A stretch of 63,969 bases of DNA, counting the filler, from Sanchytrium tribonematis (lineage: Eukaryota), in assembly GCA_018985235.1 (NCBI GenBank). It is 7 parts of 7 records of this genome, joined end to end, with 100 filler letters (N's around TTAATTAATTAA, not from the genome) between each part and the next. Parts side by side here need not be neighbours in the genome. Positions count along the whole stretch, not along the records: positions 46,312 to 55,349 come from JADGIG010000344.1; positions 55,450 to 63,969 come from JADGIG010000373.1; 5 more parts are not named here. One strand, written 5' to 3'. The notes under the pieces were generated by a model, which was not told the origin of the DNA, made no database searches, and was given only the letters and a program-made list of their open reading frames with translations. The position numbers and the translations under genes were made by a program. Positions 54,873-63,969 of this stretch are shown here, piece after piece (position 1 is the first letter of the stretch; each line of letters begins with the position of its first letter).

Positions 54873-55449
54873 TTAAGATGTGGGATTAGATTGTTTAAAT
54901 AGCAGGTTTAATTTTAGACAGGGAATTAGAGCAGATGGACAGCATTTGGTTGAAACATGGTAAAAATGACGTCATTTTAAACAGATGGATGCAAAATAGA
55001 CGATGAATTAGATAAATAGTGATGAATAACGCGTAACAAGTCAGAGGACTCACTGCGTATTCCTGTGAATGAGGCAAATGCCCCATGTTTAGAGGATCTG
55101 CGTGATATTTGCATTGTTGAAGAGACCTACAAATTCATTTATCACCCTCAAGTATTTATAAATGGTATATTGAACCATTTAAACTGTCACGGAGTCTCTT
55201 ACTTATTGATTTTTGAATAATTTACGAATTAGGGATGAAACACAGATCAATCTCATGTCGCTTGAATCTGCATAATAAAGACAGTGTGCTTTAAGATGTG
55301 ACATTTGTGTATTCATTTGTACTTTGTTGTGACATTTGTAACTACATCTNNNNNNNNNNNNNNNNNNNNNNNNNNNNNNNNNNNNNNNNNNNNTTAATTA
55401 ATTAANNNNNNNNNNNNNNNNNNNNNNNNNNNNNNNNNNNNNNNNNNNN

Positions 55450-55784
55450 TGTAGTTCTTGTTTAATTTCTTTTTTACTTTGTTTTCTAATTAATTGATTC
55501 TTCTCACGCTGTTTCTTTAATTGAGCTGTAGTTGGCGGTTTTAGATTGATTTTATAAGGTACAGGTCCCACTAATTTACCCATATCATCATATATCTCGC
55601 ATGCAGTTTGATCTTCTAAATTAAATTCGTATTTTTCATCATCAATTTCAATAAATCCAGATTGTTCATTAAGGGTAACGGATTGAATAGGTTGTTGGAA
55701 TTTACTTTCATAGTATTTGGTGAGTCTTAAACTTCCAATGACTTCATATTCTGAATTTTGAAATGCATCAAAATCAAGTCGCAT
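55450..55784 (-). CDS. Hypothetical protein, 3'-truncated; weak resemblance to the N-terminus of Pol II elongation factor ELL
   Basis: ORF runs into the spacer; GGGGTGAAAC precedes the ATG; CEIY...LVG.V..KI pattern only. Confidence 0.45.
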
Positions 55785-56158
55785 GTTTCACCCCAAAAAA
55801 TAATAAAATCATTCAGAATCAAATAAAACTATATTTGTGGGCTTTAGACACATCTCATTAGCACATGTCTACGATGCTATTTTATTTTTTTTAAAATTTA
55901 AGCCACTTAAAAATGTTTTGGACGCTGGTTTCTTCTCAATTTCTGAGCGCTCTACAGTCTCCAAACAACCCCTTTCAACGCTCTTCAATTGAACTGGATC
56001 CATCGGCTCCGTGTACTTCTGCAAATAATGCATTTACATCATGCATGACGAAGTAGTATCAAGCAGACCCAAAAAGTGCGTATAGCAGCAGATGCCAGCA
56101 ATGTTCGTCTGAATATACAAAATTTCAGTCTTCTTGTTCTTCTGAAACTGATTCGAAA

Positions 56159-56806
56159 ATGATTTCTATTTTTGACTCAAATCTTTTGTGTCACTTTGAA
56201 AATAGTCAAAATTGTTTCGAGGCTGTCAACCAAACTGTTGGAGCATTCCAGTGTGGGAATGCATGTCACAAGTACGCTTCAAATTATTACTTGAGCAGTC
56301 CCAGTGGGGTAGCCGTTTCATTTATGTCTCTTGGCCCAGATCGATGGAATTTACAACAAATGATTGATTGTCAGCCTGATGGTTGTTTAAAATCAAGTTG
56401 GACCCAATTTTCGTGCATTTTGAAAAATGCAGGGTCACTACCTAATAGTGATGTAGCTACCGCAATTCCTGCTCTTTGTAAAACGTGTGATCCAACTGAT
56501 TTTATCTCAAAGTGTAAAAAACCTTATATGCTTTCATATTTCAACAATATGGACTTGCAGTGTCACAAGGAAGATGGCAGCTACTGTTTTGTGGAATTAT
56601 ACGAAAAGAATTCCAAGCTGGGACTAAAAAATGCAACTTGTTCAAAATGCAGTCAGTATTTTTACAATGATTTTGTTAGTGTAAAGGGATCTGGAATGGA
56701 TACTGATGAGTTTGCTCAAGCAGGATATAACAGCACAGAAATGAAGAAATGCAGTGCAAATATTGGAAAATGGGCAATTGTGATTTTGTTGGCTTATTTG
56801 TGGTAA
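56159..56806 (+). CDS. Cys-rich extracellular protein with a C-terminal hydrophobic (GPI-like) tail
   Basis: More than a dozen Cys; QCHKEDGSYC and CSKCS motifs; ends WAIVILLAYLW. Confidence 0.7.
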   Translation: MISIFDSNLLCHFENSQNCFEAVNQTVGAFQCGNACHKYASNYYLSSPSGVAVSFMSLGPDRWNLQQMIDCQPDGCLKSSWTQFSCILKNAGSLPNSDVATAIPALCKTCDPTDFISKCKKPYMLSYFNNMDLQCHKEDGSYCFVELYEKNSKLGLKNATCSKCSQYFYNDFVSVKGSGMDTDEFAQAGYNSTEMKKCSANIGKWAIVILLAYLW

Positions 56807-57624
56807 AAATGGCAAATAAATATATGGAGATTCATTATTTATTTATGACAGGTAAAGAAAAAGCAGAATGATGCGTAAAATGGTGGATTCTCAATCTTTT
56901 GACGCTTAAAATGACTTTTTTGCAACGTGGACAAATACATACCTGGAAATTTTTAAACATGTTTGAAAAGGATGGCGGCTAGTTGCAGATTATTCCAGTG
57001 CAACTAATTCATCGAGAAATCGATCAGTCCTCTTTATTGGTTCCATTTAAATTTGTCGGAATGAATTCGGATCGTCTAAAAGTTCAACTGATTTACTATT
57101 CTACAATGTCTGATACTCAGAATGCTTCTCTAAATCGTTGCTTGATGTCTTCTTCATGCCGTAATCTGTAGTGGTACTTTAAATGAGAATACGTTTTAAA
57201 TGCTTTATGACAAAATGGACAAGTGACAAATGGCAGTTCAACTGACATGCTAATAAAATGGTATGGTAGCCTATTTAATGCCATTTCACTGGCCACGTGT
57301 CCACGTGAACATCTAAATGCCCCTCAAAAATGTCATTTTGCGGCATGTGGAAGACTCGCTGGTTCACAGATCACTTTACATGTGCGTCAAGAAACTTGAA
57401 AGATGTGTCGTATTCAAAATTCTACATTTAAGGTGATTTAAGATCAGATCTTGTTGTCTAGTTTCCACATTTCTGAATATAAATAAACGATTATTAACTG
57501 ATTTTATTAAATTACTGCTTTTAGAGTTGCCTCTCTACAAAATCGATCAAATTCGCATTGTATGCTTCAAAATTTTCGGTTTTCATGTAAGAATGTCTAT
57601 TTTTCATATGATAATGCATGTGAC

Positions 57625-57957
57625 GCACGCTCGAATAGATGTTCCCACAAATAGGGCAATGCACAGTTCCTCTATTCATCTCGGATGTTTTAGTCAGTTC
57701 CCCTGATGATGGTAGTCATCCGTATTCCGATCTAGAGAGGACGCATGAGCAAATCTCGCCCATTTTATGGCTGGATCGAGATTGAAACAACGTGAAACCC
57801 TCTAAATATTAGATTAGTTCTTTTTCACTCATTTCTAACCACGTCATCATTAAACTAAGATGCTCATGCGCTCCCTAGTCATCCAATAATTAACATGGAT
57901 ATCTAATTGAACTATAACCCCTCATGTCATTCAACGTGACAGGGAGAAAACATCTTC
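57625..57957 (-). ncRNA. Candidate structured RNA, unassigned
   Basis: Nested stems including CGCATGAGCA (57742-51)/TGCTCATGCG (57861-70), AATCTCG/CGAGATT and GATGTTTT/AAAACATC; mismatches become G-U pairs on the minus strand. Confidence 0.4.
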
Positions 57958-57964
57958 ATCAAAA

Positions 57965-58798
57965 ATGTCATTTGAGCAATTTTATGCCATAGCATCACAA
58001 ACTGATTGCATTAATACATGTCAAAACTCAGATTGTCAAGGGTATCGATGGGATTCAACTGGAAATTGTTATTTATTCTTTTCTGTTGATTCTACGTCTC
58101 AAGCAACTATTTTAAACAACCGTCAACCCAAAATCCCAACTAGTGATAATTATCAAGCATCACAATCCACATGTATCACTAGTTCATGTAATGCTGTCAA
58201 ATCTAATGATTTATACGATTTTAACAAATGTTTGGCAACTTGCACAAATGATGCAGATTGCAAGGGATTCGGTGCTAATAATCAACAATATTGCACATAT
58301 ATTAAAGATAGTGGACAATCTACTCAATTTACTGGATATACATTCAACAAAACACCTTCAAATTCAATTAATTGGCCATTAATTATTGGCATTGTCGTGG
58401 CTGTTGTCGTCGTAGCAGCATTTATTCTACTTTTAATGGTCATCAAAATACGTAAACCCATTAAAAGAAATGAAGAAATGGATTATTTCAACCCAAATCC
58501 ATACAGACAAAGTGTTGCTAGTTCTGATGGATTACATCGACCATTTTCAAGTGATTTTGATGCACCAGTGGCACCAATAGCACCCAATACACCACAATAT
58601 CAACCCAATTTACATCGTCAAAATGTCAAAACAGAACAATTGCCATTAAATACGCCATTAAATCAACATGAATTAAAATTGACAAATGCAAATTATAATG
58701 ATTTATGGGGCAGTAAATCGCTAGAACGGGGTGCTTCTATCCCAGGTATAAACACATCTACACATATTGACTATCATTTAAGTAAAGATGACCAATAA
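57965..58798 (+). CDS. Single-pass membrane protein with two PAN/apple-like Cys modules
   Basis: DCINTCQNSDCQGYRW...NCYL and KCLATCTNDADCKGF...YCTY; TM WPLIIGIVVAVVVVAAFILLLMVI followed by a basic patch. Confidence 0.75.
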   Translation: MSFEQFYAIASQTDCINTCQNSDCQGYRWDSTGNCYLFFSVDSTSQATILNNRQPKIPTSDNYQASQSTCITSSCNAVKSNDLYDFNKCLATCTNDADCKGFGANNQQYCTYIKDSGQSTQFTGYTFNKTPSNSINWPLIIGIVVAVVVVAAFILLLMVIKIRKPIKRNEEMDYFNPNPYRQSVASSDGLHRPFSSDFDAPVAPIAPNTPQYQPNLHRQNVKTEQLPLNTPLNQHELKLTNANYNDLWGSKSLERGASIPGINTSTHIDYHLSKDDQ

Positions 58799-58851
58799 AT
58801 TTATAAAAATCACGCACATTTTGATCTAAAATCTCCCCTTTAAACACAAAC

Positions 58852-59451
58852 ATGGAATGGAATCAACAAATTGAATCCGTATTCAGTAAAATTAAAAGAT
58901 CCAATTACATGCACATCCAATCTACTAAACCACAGTCTATTGGATTCAATGCCACCATTTCTGCAGAATCCATTCATGCCAGTGCACTTCATTATTTGGA
59001 TATTCAACCCACTGACAATATACTAGATATTGGATGTGGCAGTGGCTATTTAACAGCATCATTTGCACTATTAGGTCATCGTGTGACTGGTATTGACCAT
59101 ATTCCAGAATTAATTCAATTATCCATTCACAACATCAAAAAAGACAATTCGAATTTACTCGATAAAATTGATTTTATTTGTAAAGATGGACGACAAGGGT
59201 ATTTAGAGAATGCTCCATATGATAAAATATATGTGGGTGCTGCTTGTGATGAGATTTATCCATCTTTATTGTATCAATTGAAAATAGGTGGCAAATTATT
59301 AATGCCATTAAATTCTACCATGATGGATTATAAAAAACATCAAAGATTGATATTAATTACCAAAACAGAGAGTGGATATGAGAAGAAAGAGATTTGTGAT
59401 GTCGTATTTGTCCCAATGACGAATAAACAAGATCAATTAAATGAGGAATAA
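58852..59451 (+). CDS. PCMT1: Protein-L-isoaspartate O-methyltransferase
   Basis: PQSIGFNATISA, ILDIGCGSGYLTA, GIDHIPEL, DGRQGY..APYDKIYVGAA, QLKIGGKLLMP, VVFVPM. Confidence 0.92.
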   Translation: MEWNQQIESVFSKIKRSNYMHIQSTKPQSIGFNATISAESIHASALHYLDIQPTDNILDIGCGSGYLTASFALLGHRVTGIDHIPELIQLSIHNIKKDNSNLLDKIDFICKDGRQGYLENAPYDKIYVGAACDEIYPSLLYQLKIGGKLLMPLNSTMMDYKKHQRLILITKTESGYEKKEICDVVFVPMTNKQDQLNEE

Positions 59452-59679
59452 ATAATTGATGGTTTGATTGAATTTTGATCAATTTGCAGCGCTAATGAAT
59501 AGAACGGACTCCCTGATTTGGAAATATCTGAGAAAATTTTGTCATTGGTGCGAATTTCTGATTTCAGATATGCGAAATTAACTCAGATCTATTACAGTGT
59601 TTGATTTGTTCTTATGCGTCTGCACTATCTGATATTCCTGAAAGTATCTATAAAAGAATTATGCATCCTTCTATTCAAC

Positions 59680-60891
59680 ATGATGATCTTATTGCTTCTA
59701 TTATTGGCCAAAGTACAACAAGAAACTATACAAGGTTTGAAAAGTTTAATGACACCTAGTGATGGGTCGAAAAGGTTTTTTCATTCCAGAGAAGAACATT
59801 CCAAAAAAATTTCCTCTCAAGCTTACAATGAAATATACAGAATGCGATTCACAAAAAACCCTGAATTGATCAACTTTGCAGAACATTTTGCAGAGAGTCC
59901 ATATGCAACAGAGGTATTATTAAAAACATTGAAAGCACAAATTCGATTCAATTTCAGAAACCCCAATTCAAGACAAGTATTAAAAACCATGCTAGACAGA
60001 TTAGAAGGACAAGTTGTTGCAAATTCGATAGAACAAAACGATTCAAATAAGGATTTTCAAACCAAATTAAAGGAACATGGATATAAAGCAGCCATTAAAA
60101 AATATCCCCAATATGAGAATCATGCAAAGGAAATCATTCAAAGTGCGACTATATCGAGAAACAAACTTGGCAGAGTTGCAAAAATAGGTGGTGAAATTAT
60201 TATTGGCTGTTTATTTTCTCTTGGGTCGATACCATTGGGTCCACTTTATTTGATTAGAGAATTGATGAAGACACCAAATTTAAGAGATTTGGCCAATTTG
60301 GCTGGTGTGATGTACAAATCACCCTCATTTATGGAAAGTTTAAAAGTATTTGCCAGAAAATTTAAGATTTCAGTCAACTTAAATGACATCAAGAGAAGCA
60401 TCGCTGATCGTAATGAAAGATATCAAAAAAACAGAAATGGTGCGACAGCAGGAACAAGTAGTACATCGGAGAGACGTTCAGAAACACTGCAGGGTAATGG
60501 GGCTGATTCAAATGCGCAATCAACAGAGCACCAAAGAGATACAAATAGAGAACTACAATCTTTAAGGGTGTCCGGAAATGGCGCAACAACAACTGACGGT
60601 CAACCAGAAAGTCCAAATGCTGAAAGAAGAGGTGGTTGGTCAGATGTGGGATCACCAGAAACTAGAAATACCAGATTTCAAGACATGTTGAATCGTATTT
60701 CAGTGCTAGAAATTCCAAAATTTGCTGGAGTTGGCTCAAAAATTGCTGATTCCTTGAGTATTTTGAAGGGTTCCACATCATATTCTCCTGTATTGGATGT
60801 ACCAAGCTTGAGAACAACTGCATCAGGAGAAATCGGCGGATTAAATAGTGAGGGACTTAGAGCACAACCTCGAACGGCCCTAGTTAAATAA
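59680..60891 (+). CDS. Secreted orphan protein, paralog of 61781-62847
   Basis: Leader MMILLLLLLA; shared blocks LLKTLKAQIRFN.NP, KYPQY, FARKFKI and terminal LVK. Confidence 0.72.
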   Translation: MMILLLLLLAKVQQETIQGLKSLMTPSDGSKRFFHSREEHSKKISSQAYNEIYRMRFTKNPELINFAEHFAESPYATEVLLKTLKAQIRFNFRNPNSRQVLKTMLDRLEGQVVANSIEQNDSNKDFQTKLKEHGYKAAIKKYPQYENHAKEIIQSATISRNKLGRVAKIGGEIIIGCLFSLGSIPLGPLYLIRELMKTPNLRDLANLAGVMYKSPSFMESLKVFARKFKISVNLNDIKRSIADRNERYQKNRNGATAGTSSTSERRSETLQGNGADSNAQSTEHQRDTNRELQSLRVSGNGATTTDGQPESPNAERRGGWSDVGSPETRNTRFQDMLNRISVLEIPKFAGVGSKIADSLSILKGSTSYSPVLDVPSLRTTASGEIGGLNSEGLRAQPRTALVK

Positions 60892-60919
60892 ATTCTTCAC
60901 TTTCAAACATTGCAACAAA

Positions 60920-61546
60920 ATGCAATTCAATTTATTCAAATCAAATCTACTCACAAATCATCAAATTAAACAGTGTAGTACATTATTTAATCATCATTAT
61001 GGTAAATGGGATATCAATGGACCACATCCATATCAAAATATTAAATTATCCCCTCATAAATTGAAATCAGATTATTTAACCAATTCATACATAATAATAT
61101 GCACCATTCATGAGAATATAGTGGGATATGCCATTTATGTATTATTTGATTATGATTTGCGACATGTAGCATGGATTACTCAATTAATCGTGCATACAGA
61201 TTATAGACATCAACGAATTGCCACTCAACTCATTCAACATATTATAAAAGAGGATATAGATATATGCGGAATAGCCAGTTGTCATCCATTTGCATTAAAA
61301 GCTGTTTTAAATGCTACTTTGTGTAAAATTAACAAGAAATTTATTACAAATCATTTAATGGGTATTTTAAAAGCATCTCAAGTGGAATATTTAATAAATT
61401 GTCAAGTTGATTTGAATAAATGTGTAGTTTATTCTCATTATTATGTGGATCATGATGAGATTCGTATATGGATAAGTGAGTGGATGTTGGGACCATTGGA
61501 GAGTGGATGTGAATATATTATAATTGTAGAGAATCAAAATAAATAG
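60920..61546 (+). CDS. GNAT-family acetyltransferase
   Basis: IVGYA, WITQLIVHTDYRHQRIATQLI (acetyl-CoA motif A), LFNHHYGKW. Confidence 0.78.
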   Translation: MQFNLFKSNLLTNHQIKQCSTLFNHHYGKWDINGPHPYQNIKLSPHKLKSDYLTNSYIIICTIHENIVGYAIYVLFDYDLRHVAWITQLIVHTDYRHQRIATQLIQHIIKEDIDICGIASCHPFALKAVLNATLCKINKKFITNHLMGILKASQVEYLINCQVDLNKCVVYSHYYVDHDEIRIWISEWMLGPLESGCEYIIIVENQNK

Positions 61547-61780
61547 AATTTTGAATTGCTTTTCATTGTGTTTCAATCTGATTCGCCACATAATCCCGAG
61601 TCGAATCTATTGCTCCAATGAGTGTACTTTGCAAAGTCTGTCAGACCCTGTCATTGGCTCTTGATGTTTTCTTTTCTTTAATCAGATCTGTCTTTGGTGT
61701 TGATTTGTTCGCAGTACTGAGCACGGTCTGAAATTCCTAACTTTGTTCATAAAAGTATCTGATTACTTTTAACATCCAAT

Positions 61781-62847
61781 ATGATGATCTTCTTGCAACT
61801 TTTATTAGCTTCAGTCCCCAACAATCCAGCAAATGTTCAAGCTACAACTTTTAGTGGTATTTCTGCAAACAGAGATATTATGGATCTTTTAAATCCAGAT
61901 ATGCCTCTAGATTCAATTAAATTTGATGCTTTTGCCAACAACCCAAAATTACTCGAGGCATTGCTGAGAACCATGGATTCACAGATTAGATTAAATTCCA
62001 TTAATCCTGACACCAAAAGAAAATTGATTGATATTCGAGACAAGTTCCTAGGAGACATGATATTTCAATCAATGGAGCCAAAAGGACCCGACTTTTTCAA
62101 CGAACTATCAAAGTTCAAGCATATTGCAAAAGAATCTGGATTGAATGCGGCTTTGGAACAATACCCACAATTCCAGCAAGAAGCAAATCAAATAGTGTCT
62201 TCTAAATATAAACCCGATCCTAATCTTACAGTAGGAGAGAATCCCAATTTCGAATATCAACCCCCAACATTCAAGGATTACGCAAAAGCATTTGCAAAAA
62301 AATTCAAAATACCAATAGATTGGAGTAAAATTCAATCTTCTTTATCGGATCTTAGAAAGCGCTTTAAACAAGCAAAGAAAATTCCGAAAAATACAAACAA
62401 TCAACGTACAGATGCTACCGAAAGCAATGCAGAGGGAGATGGTCAAAAAGTTGATGGTGGTACTGCTAAGAAATTTGGATCACTAAAAAGTCTTCGCCTT
62501 AAACTTGATCATTTCAAAAGTGCAGTTGGTTCTAAATTGAATGGCGGCTTTCAACCTATTGAGAAATTTAAATTTGCAACAGAAGGTACAACCAAATCAT
62601 CCATTTCTCAACTGCAGAGCCACCTAAAAATAGGTTTCGAGAAATGATAGATAGTATCAAAATGCCAAAAATGCCAACTTCAATTGGGTCTGCTTTTTCA
62701 GCAAGATTTGATGGATATATTCCATTGGATAGTGGTTCAAATCCTTCCTTAAATGAGAGGATTAAAAATTATTTCCTTCCAAAATTGAGTCCTAATGCTG
62801 TTAGTCCAGAAATAAAAAGACCGACAGACGCAAAATTGGTCAAATAA
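61781..62847 (+). CDS. Secreted orphan protein, two exons via a putative 32-nt intron at 62586-62617
   Basis: Removing GTACAACCAAATCATCCATTTCTCAACTGCAG joins ORFs 61781-62647 and 62644-62847, restoring RFREMIDSI (paralog RFQDMLNRI) and the terminal LVK. Confidence 0.68.
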
Positions 62848-62907
62848 ATTATTTTGAAATAATGAATTGAAGTAGATTAAAAATGGGCTGTCTTACTCCT
62901 TTCAAAA

Positions 62908-63807
62908 ATGTCATTTATTTTAAATGCTGCATATTTTTCATCATTTAGCAATGGATTCACAATTATTATTGCTATTTCAGGTGGATTTATCAATATAGTG
63001 AATATATGGTTCTATAATTACCATTTAAAAAAGATGGTATTGATTCTAGGCACATTTGGAATGGGCATTTTATCAATTTTATTATTCATGTCTAAATTAT
63101 ACAATCTAAATCATTTATTCATGACAATTGCACTTGCATTCTTGTATTCATTCCGAATTACCACATTTTCTATTTACATTCAATTAAGGAGTCACAAATT
63201 ACTGACTAAAAATGAAAAAAGATTTGGATATTTGGGACATTTATTGTTATTTATTCGCATCTTTATCAAGCATTTGCCCTTTCCATCTATATTTATTATT
63301 GAATTAACATTATATATCCTCATTATTATCCCAATTCTTGCTTATATTTTAAATTCAGTCAAAATCATCAAATTGATAGATTCGAATCCAGTAGCGAATG
63401 GAAATCAGATTAGACAACGACGATTGACAATATTCATTGTGATTATGGGTCCTATTACTATTATATCCACTACTTTATTCTCAGCATTGCCAGCTTTGAG
63501 TGAATACGATTTCATGGCATTTGTGATTATTGCCATGACTGGATTATTATTGAATGTGGCTGATTTCTATACAGAATATTACAGAAATAAACAAGAAGAA
63601 ATGGTGGTATGGGATACATTGATAGAAACAAAGCGAGAAAGTGTGATTTTGAGAAAAATGAGTTTTCCAAAAAGAAGATCAACTGAAAAGACTGCCATTC
63701 AAATCCCTATTCATTTGTCACTGGAAGAAATAAAAGATGAACCAATTCATAAAACAAGTCATAATAGAAGTAGAAGACCGAGTTTGATGAATTCATCCTC
63801 GTTTTAA
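62908..63807 (+). CDS. Multi-pass (about 7 TM) membrane protein, GPCR-like topology
   Basis: About seven hydrophobic segments and a charged Ser-rich C-terminal tail. Confidence 0.7.
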   Translation: MSFILNAAYFSSFSNGFTIIIAISGGFINIVNIWFYNYHLKKMVLILGTFGMGILSILLFMSKLYNLNHLFMTIALAFLYSFRITTFSIYIQLRSHKLLTKNEKRFGYLGHLLLFIRIFIKHLPFPSIFIIELTLYILIIIPILAYILNSVKIIKLIDSNPVANGNQIRQRRLTIFIVIMGPITIISTTLFSALPALSEYDFMAFVIIAMTGLLLNVADFYTEYYRNKQEEMVVWDTLIETKRESVILRKMSFPKRRSTEKTAIQIPIHLSLEEIKDEPIHKTSHNRSRRPSLMNSSSF

Positions 63808-63969
63808 AAAAATAAAATTTATTTTTATCTCGTTTGAAATCTTGTAGCGATTCAAGTTTGAATCTGCAGTAATTGCATTTCCAAACATCTTACGTATTGC
63901 TGCAATACAAGTTGCATTATCGTGGTTCTTGGCCATTCCAATTTAAATTTAGCTAGTACTTGTCAAAAT

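Noticed and set aside
57700..57800. CTGATGA...GAAAC as a hammerhead ribozyme; nearby motifs as RNase P CR-V or a telomerase template
   Set aside because: I could not build the flanking hammerhead stems, found no CR-I partner for a P4 helix, and saw no 1.5-repeat template. Kept only as an unassigned structured candidate.

Overview
This is eukaryotic, not prokaryotic, sequence. It consists of seven ~9 kb contigs in decreasing length order, joined by artificial 100-nt spacers (44N-TTAATTAATTAA-44N), so neighbours across spacers are not physically linked. The genome is AT-rich, very compact, almost intron-free and uses the standard code. Gene content (fungal-type kinesin-1, THR4, mitochondrial EF-G1, UBX5, PHO8-like phosphatase, OCH1-like GT32s, ULP2-like protease, DUG1, eL31, mS38) suggests an early-diverging fungus or close holomycotan; that placement is inference. 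Contig 2 (9320-18538) is a transposon graveyard with Harbinger, hAT, non-LTR and pogo-like remnants. Other contigs carry expanded secreted and surface families: LRR receptor-like proteins, DOMON, SYG-repeat wall proteins and orphan paralogs. Most notable observations: (1) an apparently catalytically dead reverse transcriptase of the bacterial anti-phage Abi/UG type on a clearly eukaryotic contig (44904->46211); (2) two near-identical 19-nt GT-AG segments whose removal restores split genes, suggesting ultra-short spliceosomal introns; (3) five small secreted two-Cys, basic-tail peptide genes (three absent from the ORF track) sharing a rigidly spaced CCAAT/TATTTAA/ATG promoter; (4) a ~330-nt multi-stem candidate ncRNA whose G-U wobbles point to the minus strand. 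All family assignments are by eye from motifs; no searches were run.
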